Assembly: GCA_951812395.1 (NCBI GenBank)
Contig: CATOSD010000002.1
Span: forward strand, 255,049 to 319,048
Source of the DNA: an uncultured Dehalococcoidia bacterium
GTDB taxonomy: Bacteria > Chloroflexota > Dehalococcoidia > Lucifugimonadales > CATOSD01
DNA: 64,000 nt
Direction: 5' to 3'
In this document: positions 27,829 through 37,087 of the stretch, one piece after another
Layout of the letters: the number at the start of each line of letters is the position of its first letter
Position numbering within the stretch: the stretch's first letter is position 1
Made by a program: the position numbers and the translations under genes
The notes under the pieces: generated by a model
Databases searched by the model: none
What the model saw: the letters and a program-made list of their open reading frames with translations, nothing else
Told to the model about the DNA's origin: nothing

Positions 27829-28911
27829 CTAAACCGCCCTCTCCCGCTTGTGGGTGGTGGTGATGATGCGGGCGCGACCGTTCTCCAGCACCACGTTGTC
27901 TTCGATTCTCACGCCACCCCAGCCGGACAGGTATATGCCCGGCTCGATGGTGAACACCATGCCGTCTTCGAGCACCTGGTCGGACATAGCGCTCACGCGA
28001 GGCTCCTCGTGCACCTCCAGGCCGATGCCGTGGCCCAGGCTGTGGCCGAACGCTTCGCCGTATCCCGCCTCGGCGATTATGTCGCGCGCTATGGTGTCCA
28101 GCTCTTTGCCTGTCATGCCCGAGCGCACCAGGTCCTCGGCCTCGAGCTGCGCGCGCAGCACGGTGTCGTACACTCGCCGGAACGTCTCGTCCGCCTCGCC
28201 GACCAGGACCGTCCGCGTCATGTCGGACGTGTAGCCCTCGTAGACGCAGCCCATGTCGATCACGATGGCGTCCCCGTCGCGCACCACCGTGTCGTCCGCG
28301 CGGTGGTGGGGCAGGGCGCCGTTCGGGCCGGCGGCCACGATGATGTCGTAGCCCAGCTTCTCGGTGCCGCGCTCGCGCATCACCTTCTCGAGCTCCCAGG
28401 CTATCTCCTTCTCGGTGATCCCCGGCTCGATAGTGGGCGCGACCTGCGCGAACGCCTCGTCCCCGATGTGGATCGCCCGTGTCAGCAGCGCCAACTCGTC
28501 GGCGTCCTTGATCGCCCTCAGCTTCTCCACGACGCCGGAGACCGGAACCAGCTCCGGCTTGTTCACGCCTTCGGCATCCTCGATGGCCTTGAGGAACGCC
28601 GCGTTGGTGGCGTAGGTCATTTCCGTGGACTCGAACCCGACGCGCTTCGCCCCCATCTCCGACGCGAGCTGCGGCAGCCAGCCGAGGCTCGCCCTCACCT
28701 CATGTACCCGAAAGCCGGGCGACTGCTGCCCCGCCTGCTCGACGTAGCGGAAGTCGGTCGCCAGAACGGCGTCTCCCTCGCTCACCAGCAGGTATCCCGC
28801 GGACCCTGTAAAGCCGGACACGTAGCGCCTGTTCTCCGGCGTGGACACCAGTATGGCGTCCAGCTCGTTCTCTTGCAGGGCTGCCCTCAGCCGGTTCAGG
28901 CGTTCTCTCAT
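27829..28911 (-). CDS. Xaa-Pro aminopeptidase (M24B)
   Basis: SDMTRT, HSLGHGIGLEVHE, EPGIY, GVRIED; aroQ-M24-efp synteny. Confidence 0.93.
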   Translation of the reverse strand: MRERLNRLRAALQENELDAILVSTPENRRYVSGFTGSAGYLLVSEGDAVLATDFRYVEQAGQQSPGFRVHEVRASLGWLPQLASEMGAKRVGFESTEMTYATNAAFLKAIEDAEGVNKPELVPVSGVVEKLRAIKDADELALLTRAIHIGDEAFAQVAPTIEPGITEKEIAWELEKVMRERGTEKLGYDIIVAAGPNGALPHHRADDTVVRDGDAIVIDMGCVYEGYTSDMTRTVLVGEADETFRRVYDTVLRAQLEAEDLVRSGMTGKELDTIARDIIAEAGYGEAFGHSLGHGIGLEVHEEPRVSAMSDQVLEDGMVFTIEPGIYLSGWGGVRIEDNVVLENGRARIITTTHKRERAV

Positions 28912-28918
28912 CTTTCGT

Positions 28919-29359
28919 TCACCCTCTGTTCTTCATTTCGTCGGCAAAGTACTCCAGCGCGTACAGGTATCCCTTCCACCCCAGCCCCGCGATCTGGCCT
29001 ACGGCGACGTCCGCGACCACCGAGTGGCGCCGGAACTCCTCCCGCGCGTGAATGTTGGACAGGTGCACCTCGATTATGGGAAGCCGAGAATCGATCAGCG
29101 CGTCGCGCAGCGCCAACCCGTAGTGCGTCAGCGCGCCCGCGTTGACGATGATGCCGGAGGCGTCGGGCGCGTTGGCCTGCACGTAGTCGATGATCGCCCC
29201 CTCGTGGTTGGACTGGAACGCCTCCAACTCCACGTCGAGGTCGCGCGCGGCCTCCTCCAGGGCCTCCAGGATGTCATCCAGCGTCTTGACGCCGTAGTAC
29301 GACGGCTCGCGCGCGCCCAGCATGTTCAGGTTGGGGCCGTTTATCACGAGCACTCTCAT
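28919..29359 (-). CDS. aroQ: Type II 3-dehydroquinate dehydratase
   Basis: NGPNLNMLG, QSNHEG, EVHLSNIHAREEFR. Confidence 0.97.
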   Translation of the reverse strand: MRVLVINGPNLNMLGAREPSYYGVKTLDDILEALEEAARDLDVELEAFQSNHEGAIIDYVQANAPDASGIIVNAGALTHYGLALRDALIDSRLPIIEVHLSNIHAREEFRRHSVVADVAVGQIAGLGWKGYLYALEYFADEMKNRG

Positions 29360-29380
29360 CGCGCGAGCCGTCGGCGCCGT

Positions 29381-30835
29381 CTAGCCGGTTGACGCCCGGG
29401 CGGCGATGGAGTCGAGCCTGGCGAGCTCCGGCGAGCCGGGATCAGCGTCCTTCCAGCCCTGCTTCACGCTGTCCACGCCCTTGAGCGCGGCCTCACCGTC
29501 ACCCGTGCTCACCTGCGCCGTGCTCAGCCACAGCGTGTCCCGCACCGAGGTGCGCTGGTTCAGGCGGGCCCGCAGCAGGTCTTCCGCCTTGTCGAACTGC
29601 TCGGAGCGCAGGTAGGCGGCGAGCAGCGTGTCCTCGAACACCTCTCGCTGCGCGTGGCTGCCGCCCAGCCGCACAAGCTCGCCCTGGATGGGAGCTATCA
29701 GGCTGGCGGACTTGGCGTAGTCGCCCCGGGAGAACGCGCGTATGCCCTTCACCAGCGGCAGCGTAACCTCGGCCGCCTGCGCGTTGCCCTCCGCCCCGTA
29801 CTGGCGGAGGCCCTCGATCATGCGGTCCAGGCCCTCGTCGTCGCCGCTGCCCGCGAAGGCGAACGCGGCGTGCGCTATGCCAAAGCCCGGCCCGCGCCCG
29901 GCGCCGGCGAACTCGGCCTGGTCGCGCACCTCTTGCCACGGCATGGCGGGGGGAGTGTCGCCATAGAGTTGCATACGCCACATAATCGAGCAGCTATCGG
30001 CTATCGAGCTCGTGTTCTTGGACACGACCGAAGGACGTATGGCGTCGCCGTACAGCCCGAGCACGTTCTCGTAGCGGCCCAGCGCAAGCTGGAACAGCGC
30101 GTGATGCCAGGACAGGTGGACGAAGAACGGGCCCCGCCTATCGTAGTCCTGTATCCACTCGCCCAGGAAGCTCTGGCCCGTGGCGTGGTCGCCAAGCTCG
30201 AAGTACACGTGCGCGACGGAGTGCGAGGCGTTGCCGTTGTCGGGCCGCTGTTCGAGCGACCGCTCGGCGTACCGGAGCGCGTCATCGAAGAGTCCCGACT
30301 CGTGGTGGGCGAACGCGAAGTTCCCCAGGAACGACCACTCTTCGCCGTAGGCGTGCTCAACGCCCTTGAGCATCTCCAGCAGTTCGGGCGGGTAGTTCGG
30401 CACGCCCGCCGCGCCGCAGCCCATCACCAGCAGCCTGTGACCCGCGTTCAGCGCCATCGCGTCGTTCGGGTACTCCCGCAGGTGTTCTCGCACCCGCGAG
30501 TAGGCCTTGCGACCTTCGCCGCCCACCCACAGCGACACGGTGTCCGCGTAGCCCTGCACCCGCCTAGACTGCGAGCGAGCCAGTTCGGCGGCGCGCTCGG
30601 CGGCCTGTAGCGCCTCCTGTTGCTGTCCGGCGTGCTGCCGCAGCACCGCAAGCGAGGCGTACGCCGTCGCGAAATCCTCGTCCTCCTCGATTGCCGCCAG
30701 GTACTTGGCGTCCGAGCCGAAGTTTCGCGAGAGCGCCAGATCCACACCCTCAGAGTAGAGTTGAGCCGCCTTCGCGGAAGTGGTGCCCAGGTCCACGCCA
30801 AAGCGGTCTTCGAATCCCTTCTGCATCGTGCCCAC
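29381..30835 (-). CDS. TPR protein (TTC38-like)
   Basis: HSVAHVY, HLSWHHAL, GGSHAQREVFE. Confidence 0.8.
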   Translation of the reverse strand: MGTMQKGFEDRFGVDLGTTSAKAAQLYSEGVDLALSRNFGSDAKYLAAIEEDEDFATAYASLAVLRQHAGQQQEALQAAERAAELARSQSRRVQGYADTVSLWVGGEGRKAYSRVREHLREYPNDAMALNAGHRLLVMGCGAAGVPNYPPELLEMLKGVEHAYGEEWSFLGNFAFAHHESGLFDDALRYAERSLEQRPDNGNASHSVAHVYFELGDHATGQSFLGEWIQDYDRRGPFFVHLSWHHALFQLALGRYENVLGLYGDAIRPSVVSKNTSSIADSCSIMWRMQLYGDTPPAMPWQEVRDQAEFAGAGRGPGFGIAHAAFAFAGSGDDEGLDRMIEGLRQYGAEGNAQAAEVTLPLVKGIRAFSRGDYAKSASLIAPIQGELVRLGGSHAQREVFEDTLLAAYLRSEQFDKAEDLLRARLNQRTSVRDTLWLSTAQVSTGDGEAALKGVDSVKQGWKDADPGSPELARLDSIAARASTG

Positions 30836-31176
30836 CTCCTAACAATGAGCGATTCAATTGACCTGAATCCGTCTACTGGTGGTTATCGCCGGTCGAAACC
30901 GTGCTGCGCTCGCCAATCATACAACTTTATGGTACACGTTTGCGGCCCGCCAGTCAGCACTTTGCAGAGACTTGCAAAAGTTGAGAGGCGACGGTCGGCG
31001 GCAGTCAGTTCGCGGCCTGTCACGCACGCGGTGCGCGCCTCGGCCGGCAGGGGCGGTTTGCAACCTGACGCCCGCGCTGCGCGGGCCCTGGTCCGTAGGG
31101 GCGGTTCGCGAACCGCCCGCGGTGTTGGCTGCGGGGAACGATTGCCATGTACCGCGCCTCTGCGTGTCCCCCGCAC

Positions 31177-31207
31177 AAAAAAGTGGCCCCGCACAAGGCG
31201 GGGCCAC
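31177..31207 (-). terminator. Rho-independent terminator
   Basis: GTGGCCCCGC-cttgt-GCGGGGCCAC-TTTTTT. Confidence 0.85.
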
Positions 31208-31326
31208 AAGTGAGAGGTGCTCCAGGGAACACCTACCTGGCGCACCTCTTTCTACTACTGTCCAATGCGCATCCTCCTTTCTCGAGACCCTCCACAAAGG
31301 CTGTCATCCACATCCACTACGTCTCT
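31177..31326 (-). ncRNA. Candidate ~150-nt small RNA divergent from xerC
   Basis: TATAAT at 31333-31338 (minus), internal hairpin 31213-31249, terminator 31177-31207. No substantial ORF between promoter and terminator. Confidence 0.6.
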
Positions 31327-31438
31327 GCCCCCATTATATCGCAAGATTCCCATCCGTAAAGGGCAACGCCCCTCATCAACCGCAAATGAACCCCCGTGCC
31401 GCTAGATGCCCGCGCCCCTCTCTCGCTACTCTCACGTC

Positions 31439-32401
31439 ATGGAGCAACATGACTGGCGCGAGCTGATGCACCGCTTCGAACAGCACCTGCGCGCGGAACG
31501 CGGCCTCGCTGATCTCACCGTGCGCAACTACAGGACGGACCTCGAGCCGCTGTTCGACTTCATGCTCAAGAACGGCGTGTCGGACTTAAAGGCGCTCGAC
31601 CGCGCCGCGCTGCGCGCCTACCTCGCCTGGCTCATCGAGCTCGGCTACGTCCGGCGCAGCGTCGCCCGGAAGGTGAGCGCCCTCCGCACCCTGCTGCGCT
31701 GGCTCGTGCGGCTCAAGCTCATCGACGCCGACCCGCTGCCCCGCCGCGGCGTGATGAAGCTCGACTCCAGGCTGCCCCGCTTCCTCTCCCAGAACGAGGC
31801 CGCCAAACTGGTGCAGGCCGCCGATTCCGGTTCGAGGACCGGAATGACGTCTCCCAGCCGGATCAGGGACCGCGCCCTGCTCGAGCTCATCTACGGCGCC
31901 GGACTGCGCGTAAGTGAGGCCCGGGACCTCGACGTCGCCGATCTCAACCTCGACGCCCGTGAGCTGCGCGTCGTCGGCAAGGGCTCCAAGCAACGCGTCG
32001 TCCTCATCGGCGTCCCTGCTCGCGACGCGCTGTCTCTGTACCTGCGCGACGTCCGCTCCTCGCTCGCCTCCAAAGACACCGACGGAGCCCTGTTCCTCAA
32101 CCGCTTTGGCGGCCGTCTGAGTCAGCGGAGCATCCAGCAGAAGGTGCGCTCCTACGCGACCCAGGCCGGACTCGGCGGCTGGGTCCACCCCCACACCCTT
32201 CGCCACTCCTACGCCACCCACATGCTCGAGGGCGGCGCCGACCTCCGCGTCGTCCAGGAGCTGCTCGGCCACGCCAGCCCCGCCACCACCCAGATATACA
32301 CCCACGTCACCGGCGCCGAGGCCCGCCGCGTCTACGAGGCCGCTCACCCCCGCGCCGGCGAAGACGACGACCCGCCCACCGACACCGCACAGGCCCCGTA
32401 A
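31439..32401 (+). CDS. xerC: Tyrosine recombinase XerC/XerD
   Basis: RDRALLELIYGAGLRVSE, GKGSK, HPHTLRHSYATH, LGHA, TTQIY. XerC versus XerD is not resolved. Confidence 0.88.
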   Translation: MEQHDWRELMHRFEQHLRAERGLADLTVRNYRTDLEPLFDFMLKNGVSDLKALDRAALRAYLAWLIELGYVRRSVARKVSALRTLLRWLVRLKLIDADPLPRRGVMKLDSRLPRFLSQNEAAKLVQAADSGSRTGMTSPSRIRDRALLELIYGAGLRVSEARDLDVADLNLDARELRVVGKGSKQRVVLIGVPARDALSLYLRDVRSSLASKDTDGALFLNRFGGRLSQRSIQQKVRSYATQAGLGGWVHPHTLRHSYATHMLEGGADLRVVQELLGHASPATTQIYTHVTGAEARRVYEAAHPRAGEDDDPPTDTAQAP

Positions 32402-32498
32402 CACGGGCGCCGCCGTTTGAAAGCCCGCCCACGCCTTGCTATAGTAGCCGGCATCCGGCGGCAGGACGCCGCCACTTCCCACGGAGGTCGAGGCCATC

Positions 32499-33278
32499 AT
32501 GCGCTGGGTGAGGTATCAATCAGACGGTCAGGCCGTCTATGGCATCGTGGAGGGCGACCACGTTCAGCCCGTGACCGGCACTCCCTTCGGAGACCACCAG
32601 CGGTCCGGCAACCCCGTCGCCCTGGACTCCGTTAAGCTGCTCGCCCCTGTCATTCCCCGCACGTTCTACGCCGCCGGCATCAACTACGAAGCCCACGTGC
32701 GTGAGGCCGCGACGCTGCTCGGCGCCGAGCCCAACCTGCCCGAAAAGCCCGACATCGGGTACCGCGCCAACAACGCCATCATCGCCCACGGCGAACCGAT
32801 TGTGATTCCCTCCGACGCTACCGAACGCGTGCATTACGAGGGCGAGCTTGTGGTCGTGATTGGCAAGCAGGCGAAGAACTTGTCGGAGGCCGACGCCCTA
32901 TCCTGTGTGCTCGGATACACCGTCGGCAACGACGTCAGCGAGCGCACCTGGCAGGCGTCCGACCGCACTATGTGGCGCGCCAAGAACACCGACACCTTCA
33001 AGCCCATGGGACCCTGGATCGAGACCGACGCCGATCTGGAATCGATGCAGACCACCGTAACGCTGAACGGGGAAATCCAGATCGAGTTCCCCACCAACGA
33101 TATGATCTTCGGAGTGGAGACCTACATCAGCGCGATGAGCCGCTACCTCACCCTCTACCCCGGCGACGTAATCTGGATGGGCACTGACGGCTCTTCCAAG
33201 AACCTGAAAGCCGACGACGTGGTCGAAATCGAGATAAGCGGCGTCGGCACCCTCACCAACCCCCTCGTGGCGGGATAG
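32499..33278 (+). CDS. Fumarylacetoacetate hydrolase family protein
   Basis: HYEGELVVVIGK, GNDVSER, KNTDTF, LYPGDVI. Confidence 0.92.
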   Translation: MRWVRYQSDGQAVYGIVEGDHVQPVTGTPFGDHQRSGNPVALDSVKLLAPVIPRTFYAAGINYEAHVREAATLLGAEPNLPEKPDIGYRANNAIIAHGEPIVIPSDATERVHYEGELVVVIGKQAKNLSEADALSCVLGYTVGNDVSERTWQASDRTMWRAKNTDTFKPMGPWIETDADLESMQTTVTLNGEIQIEFPTNDMIFGVETYISAMSRYLTLYPGDVIWMGTDGSSKNLKADDVVEIEISGVGTLTNPLVAG

Positions 33279-33295
33279 GCCGGTGCCTTCCACTT

Positions 33296-33335
33296 GTCCC
33301 TTCCCACTCGCAGGGGGAAGGTTAGGATGGGGGCG
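33296..33335 (+). repeat. REP family A
   Basis: GTCCCTTCCCACTCGCAGGGGGAAGGTTAGGATGGGGGCG. Confidence 0.85.
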
Positions 33336-33370
33336 CCCCGCGCCCAGAACCGAAAGGGAGACGCGCTAAC

Positions 33371-34327
33371 ATGCCAACCATCAACTCCGTCCTCGGTCTC
33401 ATCGACACCGCCGACATGGGCTTCACCCTGTCCCATGAGCACGTCATCGTCTCCTCCGCCGGCATCCAGTACGTCTACCCGGAGTTCATCGACCGCGAGG
33501 GCACCATCGAGCGCGCCATCGCCCAGCTCAGCGCGGCCCGTGCCGAGGGCCTGCGCACCATCATCGACGTGACCACCATAGACCTAGGCCGCGACATCCG
33601 TATGCTCGAGCAGGTCTCCCGCGAGTCCGGCGTCAACATCATCTGCGCCACCGGCACCTGGCGCGACATCCCCCGCGTGTTCTGGACCGCCAGCCCGGAC
33701 GTGATCGCCCCCCTCTACATCCGCGAGATCGAGGAGGGCATCGAGGGCACCGGCATCAAGGCGGCCATCATCAAGGTCGCCAACGACGTGGGCGGCGTGA
33801 CCCCGGAGGGCGAGATAATTCTGCGGGCCGCCGCCAGAGCGCACAAGGCCACCGGTGTCCCCATATCCACCCACACCTGGGCGCCCGAGCGTGTGGGCGA
33901 GCAGCAAGTGCGCATCTTCGAGGACGAGGGCGTGGACCTCAACCGCGTCTACGTCGGGCACAGCAACGACACCACCGACACCGATTACCTCGTAGGCCTG
34001 CTGGAGAAGGGCGTGTGGATCGGGCTGGACCGTTATCCCGGCGGCCGCACGCCCGGCACGCCGGACTGGGAAGGCCGCACGCAGACGGCCATGCGGCTGA
34101 TAGAGGCCGGGTTCGGCCATCGCATCATGCTGGGCCACGACTGGTCCGTCACCCTCAGCATCGCCAGCCGCGAAATGCAGGCCGACCGGCGGCGCTACAA
34201 CCCCGACGGCTACCTGTTCATAACCCGCAAGGTGCTGCCCCGCCTGCTGGAGCTGGGCGCCACCCAGGACGACGTCGACAACATCATGGTCAATAACCCC
34301 CGCCGCTTCTTCGAAGGCGCTCCGTAG
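33371..34327 (+). CDS. Phosphotriesterase/lactonase family protein (Lys-bridged)
   Basis: SHEH, IIKVA, STHT, GHS, GHD. Confidence 0.9.
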   Translation: MPTINSVLGLIDTADMGFTLSHEHVIVSSAGIQYVYPEFIDREGTIERAIAQLSAARAEGLRTIIDVTTIDLGRDIRMLEQVSRESGVNIICATGTWRDIPRVFWTASPDVIAPLYIREIEEGIEGTGIKAAIIKVANDVGGVTPEGEIILRAAARAHKATGVPISTHTWAPERVGEQQVRIFEDEGVDLNRVYVGHSNDTTDTDYLVGLLEKGVWIGLDRYPGGRTPGTPDWEGRTQTAMRLIEAGFGHRIMLGHDWSVTLSIASREMQADRRRYNPDGYLFITRKVLPRLLELGATQDDVDNIMVNNPRRFFEGAP

Positions 34328-34352
34328 GAGGCTGTGACCCTTCGCACCTAGA

Positions 34353-34458
34353 GTCTCTTTCCCCTCGCAAAGGGAAGGACAGGATAGGGCCAATGTCCCT
34401 TCCCCCTCGCAGGGGGAAGAGCCTGCCCTGAGCTTGTCGAAGGGTTAGGATGGGGGCG
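34353..34458 (+). repeat. Two REP family A copies; the second carries a nested 24-nt module (34420-34443)
   Basis: AGGGGGAAG|AGCCTGCCCTGAGCTTGTCGAAGG|GTTAGGATGGGGG. Confidence 0.85.
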
Positions 34459-34478
34459 CCTCCAACTCTACCCCAGCC

Positions 34479-35303
34479 TTACCCCACCACCTGCCACGCC
34501 GCCCCCACCAGCGTCACCGCGCCCACGGCTACCACGAACCCGCCCAAGTTCACCCGCTGCGCGAACGCCAGCAACGCCCTTATCGTTACGAGCCCCACGG
34601 CGCAGGCCATCCCCGCGGCCGCCAGCGCCGGCCACGTGCTCGCCGCGCCGCCATCCACAACCGCGTACAGCCCAGCGCCCAGGCTCGCCGGAATGCTCAT
34701 CAGGTAGCTCAGTACCAGCGCCTCGCCTCGCTCCACGCGCCTTCCCAACAGCGCGGCCACCGTCAGGCCCGACCGACTCAGCCCCGGTAGCACGGCCAGA
34801 CCCTGCGCCACGCCCGCGACGAGGGCGTCCGCCGTCGTCGGCTCCATCCGGCCCTGCGCCGCCCCCCTTTGTGGGTTCTCGCTTTCGCGAGAATGACGGT
34901 CGCTGGGTGGACGGCGTAGCTGCAGCACCCCAGACGCTATCATCAGGACGCCCACGACGCCCATTCCAAGCGCCCCGAGCCTCTCCGAAAACTCTCCGAG
35001 CGAGAGCAGAAGCGGAAACCCGACCGCCGCGCTGACGACGGTCGCGATTATCAGGAATCGGAGCCGGGGCGATGGGCTTAACGGAGTGGAGGTCGCGTCC
35101 CGCAACACGCCCCACGCCTCGCCTCTCAGCGCGATAAGCGCGGCGCACGCTGTCCCGGCGTGGAGCCACAGGGCGAAGGCCACGGCCTCGCTCAGCGGGC
35201 GGTCGAGCAGGGCGGACTGTACGACGGTCACCACGCCCTGGGAGCTGACGGGTAGCCACTCGGTCAGTCCTTGCAGAATGCCAAGCAGTAGCGCCGCGTC
35301 CAT
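34479..35303 (-). CDS. uppP: Undecaprenyl-diphosphate phosphatase
   Basis: GILQGLTEWLPVSS, LHAGT, AVLPGLSRSGLT, SYLMSIP. Confidence 0.92.
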   Translation of the reverse strand: MDAALLLGILQGLTEWLPVSSQGVVTVVQSALLDRPLSEAVAFALWLHAGTACAALIALRGEAWGVLRDATSTPLSPSPRLRFLIIATVVSAAVGFPLLLSLGEFSERLGALGMGVVGVLMIASGVLQLRRPPSDRHSRESENPQRGAAQGRMEPTTADALVAGVAQGLAVLPGLSRSGLTVAALLGRRVERGEALVLSYLMSIPASLGAGLYAVVDGGAASTWPALAAAGMACAVGLVTIRALLAFAQRVNLGGFVVAVGAVTLVGAAWQVVG

Positions 35304-35318
35304 TCCTGTAGCCGGAGT

Positions 35319-37085
35319 CTAGGCTTCGCGCAGGGCGTGCGGCACAGTAAAGGTGAACGTGCTGCCCACGCCCTCTTCGCTTGTAACGCCCACCTCGCCG
35401 CCGTAGGCGTGCACGATGTGCTTGACGATGGCGAGCCCCAGTCCCGCGCCCGAGTCCCGGCGCGCCCGGTCCACCTTGTAGAAGCGCTCGAACACGTGCG
35501 CCAGGTGCTCCCGCGGAATACCGACGCCCGTGTCGCTCACGCCAATTTCCACGTGGTCGCCGGCGTCTCTGGCCCATAGCGTAATCGTCTTCCCTGCAGG
35601 GGTGAACTTGAGCGCGTTCTCGAGAAGGTTCACCAGCACCTGCAGCAGCTTCTCCTCCTCCGCCGTCACCATGGGCAGCATCGGCGAAACGTCGCAGACC
35701 AGGCCGACGTCCATAACCGCCGCCTGCAGCCGGAACTGAGAGGCCGCTTCCTCCAGCACGTGCTCCAATTCGATAGCCGTGGGGCGCAAATCCGCCTGGC
35801 CGCTCTCCAGGCGCGAAAGGTGAAGCAGGTCGTTGACCATGGTGGTCATCCGGTTTACGTCCCGGTGTACCCTTTTCAGGAAGTCCTGCGCCACGTTGCG
35901 ATCGTCGATCGCGCCGCCCTCCAGCGTCTCGACCATCGCCTTCACCGACGCCAGCGGGCTGCGCATCTCGTGCGACACGTTGCTTACGAACTCCTTGCGC
36001 GTAGTCTCGGCCTGCCGGATGCTCGTAAGGTCGTGGAGAGTCAGCAGCACGCCGCCCTGTGGCCCCTGACTCAGCGGCACGGCGGTCGCGCTGAGAAAGC
36101 GGCGTCGGTGCAACAGTTCCACCTCGCCCTGGATAGGCTCGCCGGTCGCCAGCGCGCGCGCTATAAGCTGTTGTAGCTCGTGGTCTCGCACCACCTCCAC
36201 CAGGCGGCTTCCCGCCGCGCGGCTCATGCTCGCGTCCAGCATCTCGCCGGCGGCCTCGTTCATCAGGGTGATTTCGCCGCTCGTCTCGACCACTATCACG
36301 CCGTCCCTCATCACGTCGAGCACGGCGGATAGCTTGTTGCGCTCTGCCGAGAGGTGGCCGACCATCTCGCGCAGCGACGCCGCCATGCCGTTGAACGCGG
36401 CGGCCAACTCCTGGGTCTCGTCCATTGACAGCGCCCGCACGCGGTGGTCCAGGTCGCCCCGGGCGAGCCTGCGCGCGCCCTCCGCCACGGACTTGACCGA
36501 GCGCGAGGTGCGGCGCGCCAGGTAGAAGCCGAGACCGACCGAGAGGCAGGCGACGATGAGCGCCGCCAGGACGATGGTGGCGATTATGCGGTTGACGCCG
36601 GACTGCGCCCTCGAGACGGGCACCTCGATGATCACGATGCCCACGGGCAGTCCGCCCGCCTCGACTCGCGAGCCCACGTAGAGCGAGTCCTCGCCCGTTC
36701 GGGGGTTTCTGCGCGTCACCTCACTTGCGCCGATGTTCGCCGCCCAGCGAAACTCCGGCCGATCGACGAATGCCTCGTCGCTCGTGAGAGGGTCCACCGA
36801 GTCTGCGAGCACGCTTCCGTACAGGTCCAGCACCGTAACGCGGGCATCTATGATCTCGCTGGTGCGCCGTGCAGTCCGCTCCAGCCCTTCCAGGTCGATC
36901 GGATGCAACATCAGGGGAGACACGCCCTCGCTCAGAAGCCCCGCCTCCTCCTGGAGCCGTTGCTCGAGATTGGCGTAGAAGGCGTCGCGGACGAAGCCGA
37001 CCAGGTAGATGCTTACGACGCCCATTGTGACGAATATGAGCGTTGTGTACGCGAGCGCGATCCGCCACTGCAGCGACCGTGGCAG
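35319..37085 (-). CDS. phoR: PhoR-like sensor histidine kinase (HAMP-PAS-HisKA-HATPase)
   Basis: NVSHEMRSPL, NLLENALKF, DTGVGI, FERFYKVD, GAGLGL. Start uncertain; an in-frame CTG follows the regulator's stop. Confidence 0.8.
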   Translation of the reverse strand: MPRSLQWRIALAYTTLIFVTMGVVSIYLVGFVRDAFYANLEQRLQEEAGLLSEGVSPLMLHPIDLEGLERTARRTSEIIDARVTVLDLYGSVLADSVDPLTSDEAFVDRPEFRWAANIGASEVTRRNPRTGEDSLYVGSRVEAGGLPVGIVIIEVPVSRAQSGVNRIIATIVLAALIVACLSVGLGFYLARRTSRSVKSVAEGARRLARGDLDHRVRALSMDETQELAAAFNGMAASLREMVGHLSAERNKLSAVLDVMRDGVIVVETSGEITLMNEAAGEMLDASMSRAAGSRLVEVVRDHELQQLIARALATGEPIQGEVELLHRRRFLSATAVPLSQGPQGGVLLTLHDLTSIRQAETTRKEFVSNVSHEMRSPLASVKAMVETLEGGAIDDRNVAQDFLKRVHRDVNRMTTMVNDLLHLSRLESGQADLRPTAIELEHVLEEAASQFRLQAAVMDVGLVCDVSPMLPMVTAEEEKLLQVLVNLLENALKFTPAGKTITLWARDAGDHVEIGVSDTGVGIPREHLAHVFERFYKVDRARRDSGAGLGLAIVKHIVHAYGGEVGVTSEEGVGSTFTFTVPHALREA

Positions 37086-37087
37086 TC

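Noticed and set aside
30910-30940. dif-like site near xerC (TTATGGTACAC)
   Set aside because: Only the right arm partly matches and the left arm lacks ATAA. It is better explained as the promoter region of the TPR gene.
31439-32401. xerC as the integrase of a prophage or island
   Set aside because: It has a canonical chromosomal Xer sequence and metabolic neighbours, with no att repeats, tRNA or phage genes.
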